A stretch of 64,000 bases of DNA, taken from the NCBI GenBank assembly GCA_035518495.1, contig DATIXO010000342.1, forward strand, positions 1,487 to 65,486, given 5' to 3'. Both the position numbers and the translations under genes were made by a program. Within the stretch, counting starts at the first letter, position 1; each line of letters begins with the position of its first letter. The notes beneath the pieces were generated by a model. The model saw nothing but the letters and a program-made list of their open reading frames with translations. It was not told where the DNA came from and searched no databases. Below are positions 44,889 to 53,256 of the stretch, piece by piece. Origin of the DNA: Streptosporangiaceae bacterium. Its GTDB lineage: Bacteria; Actinomycetota; Actinomycetes; Streptosporangiales; Streptosporangiaceae.

Positions 44889-47759
44889 TTACGCCTTGGC
44901 CGAGAGCGGCTTCTCCGGCTCGCAGGCCCGGCACGGCACGCAGCCGTTCGCTTCCGCCTCCCGGGCGGTCGAGGTTTCCAGGTCGTCGCTGCCGAGGAAG
45001 CGGATCAGGATGCAACCGGTGCGGTGATACCGGGCGACCCCGGGGACGATCACGACGTCTTCGTCGGTGGTCTGGTCCGGGCCGCCCTGCTCATGGCCGT
45101 TCCGGCTTCCGCCCGCCGGGGTGCTTCCGGTGGCCGGGGTGCTTCCGGCCGCGGGCCGTTCGCCGTTGGGCCGTTCGCTGTCGGCCTTTTTGGCGTCAGC
45201 CCGCTCGGCGCCGGCCCGCTCGGCCGGCCCGGACTGGCCGTCCGGCGCAGCCGGGCCAGGGGTCTGCCCGGCAAGCGGTTCCTTGCCGGGCGCCGGCTCG
45301 GGGGCCGTGCGGGACGACCCGGAGAACGTGGCCGGCGCCGGATCGAAGAGGCTGGACGCCGGCTTCCCGGCGGCCCCGGCTGGCGAAGGCCCGTCCCCGG
45401 CTGCCTTGGAGGGCGCGCCTGCGGAGCTCGCACCAGCCTCCGTGCGCGCGGCGGGGCGGGTGTCCTGGCGTGCCGGGGAGGCTGCGGCGGCACCATCGCG
45501 GTCGGCGTCCCCGCTCCCGCCCGCGGCCGCGGCGTCTCTGTCGTTGCCGACTTTTCCGTCCGCGCCGGTCTTCCCGTCCGCGCCGGCCTTCCTGTCAGCG
45601 CCGGCTTTCCCGTCCGCGCCGGCGCTCCCGTCCGCACGGGCCGCTGCGGCATCACCAGCAGCGCTGGCGTCCCCGCCGGCGCGGGAGGCCGCGGCCTTGC
45701 CGTCCTTGCCTGCGCCGTTGCCAGCCCGGTCCGCCGCGGCGTCACCACCGGCGCCCGCGCCCACGTCCGCACGGGCCGCAGCACCATCGGTAGCGGCCTT
45801 CCCGTCGGCGCGGGAGACCGCGGTGCCATGATCGGCGCCGGGCTTGGCCTTGACGTCGGCCTGGTCGCGACCAGCCTCATCCGGCTCGCCGCGACCGCTG
45901 TCGCCCTTCCCTGGCCCGGCCGGCGTCTTCTTGTCACCGCTCGCCCATGCCGGGCGGGTCCAGAGGTCGGAACCTGTCCGCTCCGGGGCCGGGTTCCCGC
46001 CTGCTGGCTGCTCCGCGGCCGGGGAGGCGGAGCCCTCGGGCTGCAGGTCGTCTTCCTCGTCGAGATCGAGGTCCCCCACCAGCGTCAGCGGAATGCTCCA
46101 GGGCGAAGGGGCGGCTGCCTCTTCCTCGTCGGTTTCCGCTTCCTCGGCGCTGGATTCCTTCCCGGCGCCGGCGCCCGGGCGGTCAGCTACCCCGGCGCGC
46201 TCGGATCCATCACGCCCCGCTGGGTCCCGCTGGGATCCGTCCCCCTTGGATCCGTCCCGCCCGGGTCCGTCCCGCCCGGGTCCGTCCCGCCCGGGTCCGT
46301 CCCGTTTGGGTCCATCCCGTTTGGCCGCGGCGGCAGGCTCGGCGGTGTCGTCCGCGCCAGCGCGGTCTCCCGGCTTGTCCTTGTCCTCTGCCGGTGAGGC
46401 GCCGGGCAGGGCGGAAACGCTCGGCTGCCATGCGCTCCACACGTGACGTGACCGCTCGGGTCCCGGGTGGCGGCCTGGCCCCGAGGCGCCGGTGCCGGAA
46501 CCGGCATCGGCAGGGGTATCGTCCGGCGGCTTGCTGCCCCACAGGTCGCTGCCCTTGGACGGCGACGCTGCCGCTGGCCGGGGCCGGGCGGGCAGGGTGC
46601 CCGACTCGCGCTCAGTATCGGCGACCAGTTCCTCACCGACCCGGTCCCAGAAGTCATCGCGTGGCAATGACGGGGATTGCGGCGCGGCAGCAGCGGCGGG
46701 CTGGTCCGGGAGCGGAGGCGCAGGCGGCGCCAGCTCCGGATCGGGCTCGCCAGGCCGGCGGCGCGTGCCCGCCGGGCCCGGCCGGGGCAGGTCCACATCC
46801 GGCCACTCGTCCGGCCCGGCGCCGGAGCCTGTCCGGGCGGGCTGGCCAGCCCCAGGCCCACTGCGGCCGGGTGGCGCCGCCCCCGCGCCCTGCTGGTCGG
46901 GGCGTTTGCGCTGGTCGGAGCGCTTGCCCTGGACCGGGTCGAAGGGTTCCGGGGCGCCTGGGCCAGCCGGGGCCGCCGGGCCAGCAGGTCCGGCGCCAGG
47001 CCACGGCGGTCCAGCGCCGGGCCACGGTGGCGGGGTGGCACCGAACGGCGGCTGAGTGGCACCGAACGACGAGCCGTTGCTGCCGACCGGCTTCCCGGCA
47101 CCCTTGGGTGCCGTGCCCGCTGGCGGGGTGGTTGCCGGGCGCCTGCCGGGCGGCCCGGCCGGGGGGCGTCCCCGTCCCGAGCTGTGTGACCCGGAGTAGC
47201 CACCGATCCTGCCGCCCCGGGACGGCCCGGCCTTGGACGGGCCGGTCCTCCCCTGGCCGTTTCGCTCCGGTCCGCCGCTCTTCCCTTGCGGGACCCGCGG
47301 CATCCTGGCCGGGCCCGCTGGGCCGGGCGCCGGGTAGTCCGCCGGGCCAGGCGCCGGGTAGTCCACCGGGCCAGGCGCCGGGTGGTCCGCCGGATGATCG
47401 GCCTCGTCCGTCCCGGCTTCGGCGTCCCAGTCGCCGTTGGCCCCGTAGCTGCCATTGCTGAAACCGGCGCCGACGTCGACCGGCCGCCCGCCGAGCGAGG
47501 GGACGCTGGCCCTGCCGCCGTCCATCGCGGGCTCGTCCGCACCCGAGGTGGCCAGCCACGTGGGCTGGTGGCTGGCTGGTGCCGCACCCGCCTCGCCGAA
47601 GATCTCTCCCCGCCGGGTCAGGAATCCTGCCGCCAGCAGCACCAGGGCGAGCACACTCACCCCGATCGAGGCGTAGACCACCAGCAGGCTGGTCGCAAGC
47701 ACCCCCGCTACCAGCATCAGCAGCGCCGCGGCCACGAGGATAGCGCTGGAACGGATCAC
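44889..47759 (-). CDS. Membrane-anchored, ~850-aa Pro/Ala/Gly/Asp-rich disordered protein with a C-terminal Cys4 (Ada-like) zinc-binding-type domain
   Basis: The N-terminus has two hydrophobic helices (AILVAAALLMLVAGVLATSLLVVYA; IGVSVLALVLLAAGFL). The C-terminus reads VVIVPGVARYHRTGCILIRFLGSDDLETSTAREAEANGCVPCRACEP. The C-terminal codons have a strong G/C third-position bias in this frame. It contains three in-frame tandem-repeat tracts. Confidence 0.7.
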   Translation of the reverse strand: MIRSSAILVAAALLMLVAGVLATSLLVVYASIGVSVLALVLLAAGFLTRRGEIFGEAGAAPASHQPTWLATSGADEPAMDGGRASVPSLGGRPVDVGAGFSNGSYGANGDWDAEAGTDEADHPADHPAPGPVDYPAPGPADYPAPGPAGPARMPRVPQGKSGGPERNGQGRTGPSKAGPSRGGRIGGYSGSHSSGRGRPPAGPPGRRPATTPPAGTAPKGAGKPVGSNGSSFGATQPPFGATPPPWPGAGPPWPGAGPAGPAAPAGPGAPEPFDPVQGKRSDQRKRPDQQGAGAAPPGRSGPGAGQPARTGSGAGPDEWPDVDLPRPGPAGTRRRPGEPDPELAPPAPPLPDQPAAAAAPQSPSLPRDDFWDRVGEELVADTERESGTLPARPRPAAASPSKGSDLWGSKPPDDTPADAGSGTGASGPGRHPGPERSRHVWSAWQPSVSALPGASPAEDKDKPGDRAGADDTAEPAAAAKRDGPKRDGPGRDGPGRDGPGRDGSKGDGSQRDPAGRDGSERAGVADRPGAGAGKESSAEEAETDEEEAAAPSPWSIPLTLVGDLDLDEEDDLQPEGSASPAAEQPAGGNPAPERTGSDLWTRPAWASGDKKTPAGPGKGDSGRGEPDEAGRDQADVKAKPGADHGTAVSRADGKAATDGAAARADVGAGAGGDAAADRAGNGAGKDGKAAASRAGGDASAAGDAAAARADGSAGADGKAGADRKAGADGKTGADGKVGNDRDAAAAGGSGDADRDGAAAASPARQDTRPAARTEAGASSAGAPSKAAGDGPSPAGAAGKPASSLFDPAPATFSGSSRTAPEPAPGKEPLAGQTPGPAAPDGQSGPAERAGAERADAKKADSERPNGERPAAGSTPATGSTPAGGSRNGHEQGGPDQTTDEDVVIVPGVARYHRTGCILIRFLGSDDLETSTAREAEANGCVPCRACEPEKPLSAKA
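45547..45636 (-). repeat. 5 x 18-bp in-frame tandem repeat (encodes ADGKAG-type hexapeptides)
   Basis: Units: ccgacttttccgtccgcg / ccggtcttcccgtccgcg / ccggccttcctgtcagcg / ccggctttcccgtccgcg / ccggcgctcccgtccgca. Confidence 0.85.
46231..46320 (-). repeat. 6 x 15-bp in-frame tandem repeat (encodes [KG]RDGP pentapeptides)
   Basis: The central units are ccgggtccgtcccgc x3, flanked by degenerate copies. The protein reads KRDGPKRDGPGRDGPGRDGPGRDGSKGDGS. Confidence 0.9.
47320..47391 (-). repeat. 3 x 24-bp in-frame tandem repeat (encodes PAPGP-x-DY octapeptides)
   Basis: Units: gggccgggcgccgggtagtccgcc / gggccaggcgccgggtagtccacc / gggccaggcgccgggtggtccgcc. Confidence 0.85.
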
Positions 47760-47799
47760 TTAGCGCCCTCCACGCGCCAGGCAGCAGCTGCCAGGCAGG

Positions 47800-48648
47800 T
47801 TAACGGCGTTCGTGCCCGGAGCTGTCAGCGGGGTGGTATCCGCCCGCGTGCCCGGCAGGCTCCGGGGAGCCGGCATAGGCGCCGGTCACGGCTGGCTGCC
47901 CGCCGTTGCGGGTGTCCATCCTCATGCCCGCGCCCACAGAGGACTGCGGCCCGGTCACAGTGGGGAAGGTGCCGCTGTCGGTGGCACCCGCCTCGAGGTC
48001 GCGGAGCTGGCCTTCCAGGTACGCCTTGAGCCTGCTGCGGTACTCCCGCTCGAAGGCTCGCAGGTCGTCCACGCGCCGCTCCAGCTCTTCGCGCTGCTGC
48101 ACCAGGGAGCCCATGGCCTGCCGGTGCCGTTCCTGGGCGTCGCGCTCGAGGCTTTCGGCCCTGGCCCTGGCGTCGCTGGTGATCTGCTCGGCCTGGCGGC
48201 GCGCCTTGCCCAGGATCTCGTCCGCCTCACGCCGGGCCCGGCCCAGCGTCTCGTCTGCCTCGCGCCTGGCATCGGCGATCGCCTGGTCAGCCGTCTGCTG
48301 CGCAAGGGCCAGCACCCGGGCGGCCGTGTCCATGTTGTCCTCGGGCGGCGGGGCCATGCTCATCATGGCGGGCTCGGGGCGGCGCTCCGGCTCGGGCATC
48401 ATCGGCTCCCGCGCCATGAGCTCGGGCTCGGGCTCGGCCAGCGGAGAGTTGAGCGCGGACACGGCCGACTTGCCTCCGCGCAAGCACTCAGCCAGCTTCG
48501 CCCGGAGCTCCTCGTTCTCCTGGATCAGCCGGTCAAGCTCGACCTCGACCTCGTCGAGGAAGGCATCGACCTCTTCCTCGTCGTAACCGGGCCTGAGCCT
48601 GGTGGTACTGAACTGCTTGTTCCGCACATCCGCGGGCGTCAGCGGCAT
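47800..48648 (-). CDS. divIVA: Cell-division/polarity protein DivIVA (Wag31)
   Basis: MPLTPADVRNKQFSTTRLRPGYDEEEVDAFLDEVEVELDRLIQENEELR is followed by coiled-coil segments. Confidence 0.95.
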   Translation of the reverse strand: MPLTPADVRNKQFSTTRLRPGYDEEEVDAFLDEVEVELDRLIQENEELRAKLAECLRGGKSAVSALNSPLAEPEPELMAREPMMPEPERRPEPAMMSMAPPPEDNMDTAARVLALAQQTADQAIADARREADETLGRARREADEILGKARRQAEQITSDARARAESLERDAQERHRQAMGSLVQQREELERRVDDLRAFEREYRSRLKAYLEGQLRDLEAGATDSGTFPTVTGPQSSVGAGMRMDTRNGGQPAVTGAYAGSPEPAGHAGGYHPADSSGHERR

Positions 48649-48695
48649 CTCGTCTCCTCGGCGCGCTCGGGTGTCCCCAATGGGACCGTACCGGA

Positions 48696-48980
48696 TCAGA
48701 GCAGCTGTACGGCGTTGATCAGGATAAGAACAACGAAGAACAGCAGCATGAAGCTGAGGTCCAGGGCCACACTACCGAGCCGGAGTACCGGGATGAACCT
48801 ACTCAAAAATTTCAGTGGCGGGTCGGTGGCGGTGTACACGGTCTCCGCTGCCACCAGCACCGCTCCCCGCGGACGCCACTCGCGGGAGAAGGCCTGTATC
48901 CAGCTGAAGATCAGTCTCCCGATCAGCAGCAGCAGGTAGATCCAGAGCGCATACAGCAGAACGATCTTCAGGATGCCCAT
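48696..48980 (-). CDS. yggT: YggT/YlmG-family membrane protein
   Basis: 94 aa with two hydrophobic helices. It sits in the conserved sepF-yggT-divIVA position. Confidence 0.85.
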   Translation of the reverse strand: MGILKIVLLYALWIYLLLLIGRLIFSWIQAFSREWRPRGAVLVAAETVYTATDPPLKFLSRFIPVLRLGSVALDLSFMLLFFVVLILINAVQLL

Positions 48981-49058
48981 GGATCTGCCCAGTTCTCGCA
49001 GACGGCGACCGGGCGACCGCCCCCCGGTCGCCGCGCTGTGTTCTTCGTCACGGGGTGC

Positions 49059-49556
49059 CTAACTCTGGTTGAAGAACCCTCGTTCCGCCATCCGCGCCTT
49101 GTCCTCGGCCGTGACCTCGATGTTCGCCGGTGACAGCAGGAATACCTTGTTGGTCACCCGCTCGATGCTGCCCCGGAGGCCAAAGATCAGGCCTGCCGCG
49201 AAGTCAACGAGGCGCTTGGCGTCACTGTCGACCATTTCGGTCAGGTTCATGATCACTGGGGTGCCCTCGCGGAAGTGCTCCCCGATCGTACGGGCCTCAT
49301 TGTATGTGCGCGGGTGCAAGGTTGTGATGCGAGTGAGGTCAGTCGCCTGCACAGTCGTCCCGGCCGGGCGGGCGGCACCGGTACCCAGCTCGCCGGGCAG
49401 CACGCTCGCCTGCCCGGCGGCCGCGGCGGGCTGATCCTGCGCCTCGTCCTCGTACTCGGTGAACTCCTCGCCGTAGGAGTCGTAGCCGTCGTCGTAGTGC
49501 CGGTCGTCCTCGACAAGGCCGAGGTAGACCGCCATCTTGTGCATCGCGCCGGCCAT
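49059..49556 (-). CDS. sepF: Cell division protein SepF
   Basis: [18 protein letters not shown]... and C-terminal domain [27 protein letters not shown]...[20 protein letters not shown]. The start was trimmed to ATG 49556, with GGAGGA 8 nt upstream. Confidence 0.93.
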   Translation of the reverse strand: MAGAMHKMAVYLGLVEDDRHYDDGYDSYGEEFTEYEDEAQDQPAAAAGQASVLPGELGTGAARPAGTTVQATDLTRITTLHPRTYNEARTIGEHFREGTPVIMNLTEMVDSDAKRLVDFAAGLIFGLRGSIERVTNKVFLLSPANIEVTAEDKARMAERGFFNQS

Positions 49557-49606
49557 CCGTCCATCCTCCGTGGTGAATCTCAGTCGCGCGGCCGCTGCGA
49601 CGGACA

Positions 49607-50332
49607 CTACCGGACGAAACCTGGCCGGCCGCCGAGCAACGCCGTACCGACACGCACGTGTGTCGCGCCGACGGCGATGGCCGCCTCCATGTCCCCGCTC
49701 ATGCCGGCCGAGATCATCCCTGCTTCCGGCCGGATCTCCCGGACAGCCGCGGCAATGGCGGGGAGCGGCGCGAACGCCTGCTCAGGCGGCACCCCCAACG
49801 GCGCTACGGCCATCACACCGCCCAGCAGCAGGCCTTCTTCGGCGGCGAGCGCCGCGGCGAGCCCGGGAACCTGGGCTGGCGCCGTCCCCCCGCGGCCGGG
49901 GCTGGTCTCCAGGCTCACCTGGACCAGGCAGGTGATCACCCGGCCGGCCCTGCGGGCCTGCGTGCCAAGTGCGCGCACCAGCCGCAGCCGGTCCACCGAA
50001 TGAACCACCCGCGCATAACGCACCACGCTCGCACACTTGTTGGTCTGCAACTGCCCGACGAAATGCCAGGTCAGCCCCGGTGCCAGGTCCGCGCATTCAG
50101 CCGCCTTGGGAGCCGCTTCCTGATCCCGGTTCTCGCCTACATCGTGTACCCCGAGCCCGTACAGCAGCCGCACGTCCGACGCCGGAAAGGTCTTCGTGAC
50201 CGCGACCAGCGTCACCTCCCCCGGATCCCGCCCCACCGCCGCACAAGCCGCGCTGATCCGCTCACGAACACCGGCAAGGCGGCTACGTAGCTCGTCTCTC
50301 CGGCTCCCGCCCGGCACCTGCTCCTCGCCCAT
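49607..50332 (-). CDS. yggS: YggS/YlmE-family PLP-homeostasis protein
   Basis: [15 protein letters not shown] (PLP Lys), [32 protein letters not shown]. The start was chosen at ATG 50332; GTG at 50341 is possible. Confidence 0.9.
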   Translation of the reverse strand: MGEEQVPGGSRRDELRSRLAGVRERISAACAAVGRDPGEVTLVAVTKTFPASDVRLLYGLGVHDVGENRDQEAAPKAAECADLAPGLTWHFVGQLQTNKCASVVRYARVVHSVDRLRLVRALGTQARRAGRVITCLVQVSLETSPGRGGTAPAQVPGLAAALAAEEGLLLGGVMAVAPLGVPPEQAFAPLPAIAAAVREIRPEAGMISAGMSGDMEAAIAVGATHVRVGTALLGGRPGFVR

Positions 50333-50490
50333 CACGCCCACATCATGTAGCGAACCACGCCGCCCACTGAATCGCCCAGCCGCCAGCGTGGCCGGGGGTG
50401 GGTTGCCCGGAGCGTATGAAGAGCCGAAGGCGGGGCGCAGGGCGACCCACCCCCGGTCGCGCACCCACGCCCGGAAGGGAGAGGAGATAA

Positions 50491-50507
50491 AAGCAGCCGG
50501 TTCGGCT
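50491..50507 (-). terminator. Weak intrinsic-terminator-like hairpin plus U-tract at the ftsZ stop
   Basis: The minus strand reads uAGCCG-AAC-CGGCU-GCUUUUAUCUCC. The stem is 5 bp and overlaps the TAG stop, followed by UUUU. This is weak evidence only. Confidence 0.25.
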
Positions 50508-51921
50508 ACTTGAGAAAGTCAGGCACGTCCAGTTCGTCGTCCTCTTCAAAGACGACGCTGCGGCGGCGGGTGGTAGCTGTCTCGAACACCCGGGCCGCTG
50601 ACGCGGTGTCCGGGCGCGGCCGCGCCGGTTCCTGGGTTACCCGTGGTGCGGGGCCGCCGTTGGTGTCCCCGGGCTGCGGCACCGCGGGCGGCGGCGCGCC
50701 GCCATTGCCCGCGGCGGCAGCTGGCACGGCCTTGCTGGCGGTCACCGGCTCCGGGGCCCCGGCACCGCCGGTGTTCTTCGCGTCCCCGGCGTCTTCGCTG
50801 CCGCCGGTGGCCGTGCCGTCCGCTGCTGCCCCGCCCACCGGCTGGCCAGCCATCGGGCCAGCGGCCGCTGGCTCGGTGGCGGCCGGAGAGGAGCTGGGAT
50901 GGAACGCGACCCCGCTGGTGCCCACGGCCATGGCCTGGCCGGTGCCCGGCCGGGCCAGGCGGGCGCGGGCGTTGCCCGCCTCGTCGAATCCGGCGGCGAT
51001 GACCGTCACCCGCACCTCGTCGCCAAGCGCGTCATCGATCACCGCGCCGAAGATGATGTTGGCCTCAGGCGCCGCCGAGTTGGAGACGAGCTGGGCCGCC
51101 TCGTTGATCTCGAACAGCCCGAGGTCGCTGCCGCCCTGGATGGACAGCAGCACCCCGTGGGCCCCGTCGATGCTCGCCTCCAGCAGGGGGCTGGAGATGG
51201 CCATCTCGGCGGCGGCCACCGACCGGTCGTCGCCACGCGCCGAGCCGATTCCCATCAGCGCGGAACCCGCGCCCGACATGACCGACTTCACGTCGGCGAA
51301 GTCCAGGTTGATCAGCCCGGGCGTGGTGATCAGGTCGGTGATTCCCTGCACGCCGGACAGCAGCACCTGGTCGGCTGCCTTGAACGCGTCGAGCACGCTG
51401 ACGTGGCGGTCGGAGATGGACAGCAGCCGGTCGTTCGGGATGACGATCAGGGTGTCCACCTCGCCACGCAGCCGCTCGATGCCAAGCTCGGCCTGGGACG
51501 CGCGGCGCTTGCCCTCGAAACCGAACGGGCGGGTGACCACGCCGATCGTGAGCGCGCCAAGCGACCTGGCCACGTTCGCAACCACTGGTGCCCCGCCGGT
51601 GCCGGTCCCGCCGCCCTCGCCCGCGGTGACGAAGACCATGTCGGCCCCCTTGAGGACCTCCTCGATCTCCTCGCGGTGATCTTCGGCTGCGCGGCTGCCG
51701 ACGTCGGGGTTGGCGCCCGCACCCAGCCCGCGGGTGAGCTCGCGCCCGACGTCGAGCTTGACGTCGGCATCGCTCATGAGCAGCGCCTGCGCGTCCGTGT
51801 TGATCGCGATGAACTCAACGCCCTTGAGCCCTTCTTCGATCATCCGGTTCACGGCATTGACGCCGCCCCCTCCGATACCGGCGACCTTGATGACCGCCAG
51901 ATAGTTCTGCGGAGCTGCCAC
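50506..51921 (-). CDS. ftsZ: Cell division GTPase FtsZ
   Basis: [17 protein letters not shown], the tubulin signature [13 protein letters not shown], a long disordered linker, and the C-terminal peptide [11 protein letters not shown]. Confidence 0.97.
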   Translation of the reverse strand: MAAPQNYLAVIKVAGIGGGGVNAVNRMIEEGLKGVEFIAINTDAQALLMSDADVKLDVGRELTRGLGAGANPDVGSRAAEDHREEIEEVLKGADMVFVTAGEGGGTGTGGAPVVANVARSLGALTIGVVTRPFGFEGKRRASQAELGIERLRGEVDTLIVIPNDRLLSISDRHVSVLDAFKAADQVLLSGVQGITDLITTPGLINLDFADVKSVMSGAGSALMGIGSARGDDRSVAAAEMAISSPLLEASIDGAHGVLLSIQGGSDLGLFEINEAAQLVSNSAAPEANIIFGAVIDDALGDEVRVTVIAAGFDEAGNARARLARPGTGQAMAVGTSGVAFHPSSSPAATEPAAAGPMAGQPVGGAAADGTATGGSEDAGDAKNTGGAGAPEPVTASKAVPAAAAGNGGAPPPAVPQPGDTNGGPAPRVTQEPARPRPDTASAARVFETATTRRRSVVFEEDDELDVPDFLK

Positions 51922-52263
51922 GAGGAGGGCCCTTTCCGCTCGTTTGCCTCTATCGTGTTCCTGGCCACCGCTTAAACGGCCCGGTGATTTCGCCCCACTG
52001 GGCGTACGGCCGCGTCAGCGGTCCGCCGGGGTGCGCCCCCACCGCACCGGCCCGGCCATTTCTCGCGATTTCCAGTGGGTTCAAACCTTCACTCTCAACC
52101 TGAGATTTAGTGTTGTGCTAGGCTGGCGATTGATACGGACAGTAGGGTTGCCCGCCAGCAGGGTCAACTCGCCACGCGCGAACCTCACCGGGTGTTTCGC
52201 TGCCCCGGTTCCGGCGGTGACCCCGGCCAGGCAGGCAGGCCGGCCGCGGGCCTGCTGCCGGTG
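51922..52263 (-). promoter_or_regulatory. ftsQ-ftsZ intergenic region, likely ftsZ promoter(s) and 5' UTR
   Basis: 342-bp non-coding gap containing the most A/T-rich tract of the dcw cluster (ttcaaaccttcactctcaacctgagatttagtgttgtgctagg). Multiple ftsZ promoters map to this interval in other actinobacteria. No specific -10/-35 element is asserted. Confidence 0.4.
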
Positions 52264-53256
52264 CTACCCCTGGGTGACGGCGGTGCCTGGGGCGCTGACG
52301 TCGTAACCGCGGGCGTGCGTGCGCATCAGCAGGCCCAGTTCCTTTGCCTTTTCCGCGGGCCGCGACGGGTCCCCCCAGACGATCACCACCCCGCCGGCGA
52401 GCCGCACGGACACGTCGGACGCGGTGGGGGCGCGTACCGTCCGCACCCGGTGAACGACCGCCGGCGGCAGCTCGCGCAGCACCGCCGCTGCCGCCCGGAC
52501 GGCCGGGCTGCCACGCAGGGACGTTCCAGCAGCGTCACCGGTCCCGGCGGTCCCGCTGGCTCCAGCGGCTGCCGGGGTCTTCCGCGGCCTGGGGGTCTTT
52601 CCCGGCCTGGGGGTCTTCCCCGGCCTGGGGGTCTTCCCGGCCCGGCCGGCTCCGCCGGGATGCGTGGCGGCTGTACCGGGCCAGGGCCCGCTGGCCGCGC
52701 TGCCCACCTGCAGCAGCGGGAATCCCGCCGGGCGGTGCACCGAGTTCCGCAGGTCCACACCGAAGGCGTCCACCAGCGCGTAGCCGCCAGGCACGGCGAC
52801 CGCGAAGACCGGGGTGCGGAGCCTGACCGAGATCACGATCTTGTCTGGCCAGTCCCTGCTGACCTGCGCGGACTCGACCTGCCGGATGGCGCCGACCCGG
52901 TGCGCGACGGTGGAGGTGTCGACCCGGATCAGCGGCAGGCCAAGCGGTACCTGTGCGGCGGCGATCACCTGCGCCCGGCCGAGCGCCGGGCCGGTGCCGG
53001 TGACCTGGACCGACCGGACGATCAGGAACCGCGACCCCAGCAGGGCCCAGGCCACCGCGCCGACGATCGCGACGGCCATCAGGCCGAAAAACACGGCCTT
53101 CCACCCCACCCGCGGCGGCCCGGCCGGACCCGGCCGGCGGGTGCTCCGCTGGGCGGCGGCTGGACGCCCGCCGCTCCCACCAGGCCTGCCCGGCCCGCCA
53201 GCGCCACCGGTGCCGCCCGGGGCCGGGCGGCGGGTGCGGGGCACCGAACCGCTCAT
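52264..53256 (-). CDS. ftsQ: Cell division protein FtsQ (POTRA domain) with a low-complexity insertion
   Basis: A basic N-terminus, one TM segment (AVFFGLMAVAIVGAVAWALL), and POTRA (FLIVRSVQVTGTGPALGRAQVIAAA...IRVDTSTV...). An ATGA-type overlap links it to the murC stop. Confidence 0.9.
   Translation of the reverse strand: MSGSVPRTRRPAPGGTGGAGGPGRPGGSGGRPAAAQRSTRRPGPAGPPRVGWKAVFFGLMAVAIVGAVAWALLGSRFLIVRSVQVTGTGPALGRAQVIAAAQVPLGLPLIRVDTSTVAHRVGAIRQVESAQVSRDWPDKIVISVRLRTPVFAVAVPGGYALVDAFGVDLRNSVHRPAGFPLLQVGSAASGPWPGTAATHPGGAGRAGKTPRPGKTPRPGKTPRPRKTPAAAGASGTAGTGDAAGTSLRGSPAVRAAAAVLRELPPAVVHRVRTVRAPTASDVSVRLAGGVVIVWGDPSRPAEKAKELGLLMRTHARGYDVSAPGTAVTQG
52573..52644 (-). repeat. 4 x 18-bp in-frame tandem repeat inside ftsQ (encodes GKTPRP hexapeptides)
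   Basis: Units: cggggtcttccgcggcct / gggggtctttcccggcct / gggggtcttccccggcct / gggggtcttcccggcccg. The protein reads GKTPRPGKTPRPGKTPRPRKTP. Confidence 0.9.

Noticed and set aside
45547-47391. Clustered short direct repeats that could superficially suggest a CRISPR-like or minisatellite array. This also applies to 52573-52644 and 63111-63340.
   Set aside because: The units are 15-24 bp, directly abutting with no spacers. They are in-frame inside long ORFs and encode peptide repeats. No cas genes are present. They are coding tandem repeats, not CRISPR.
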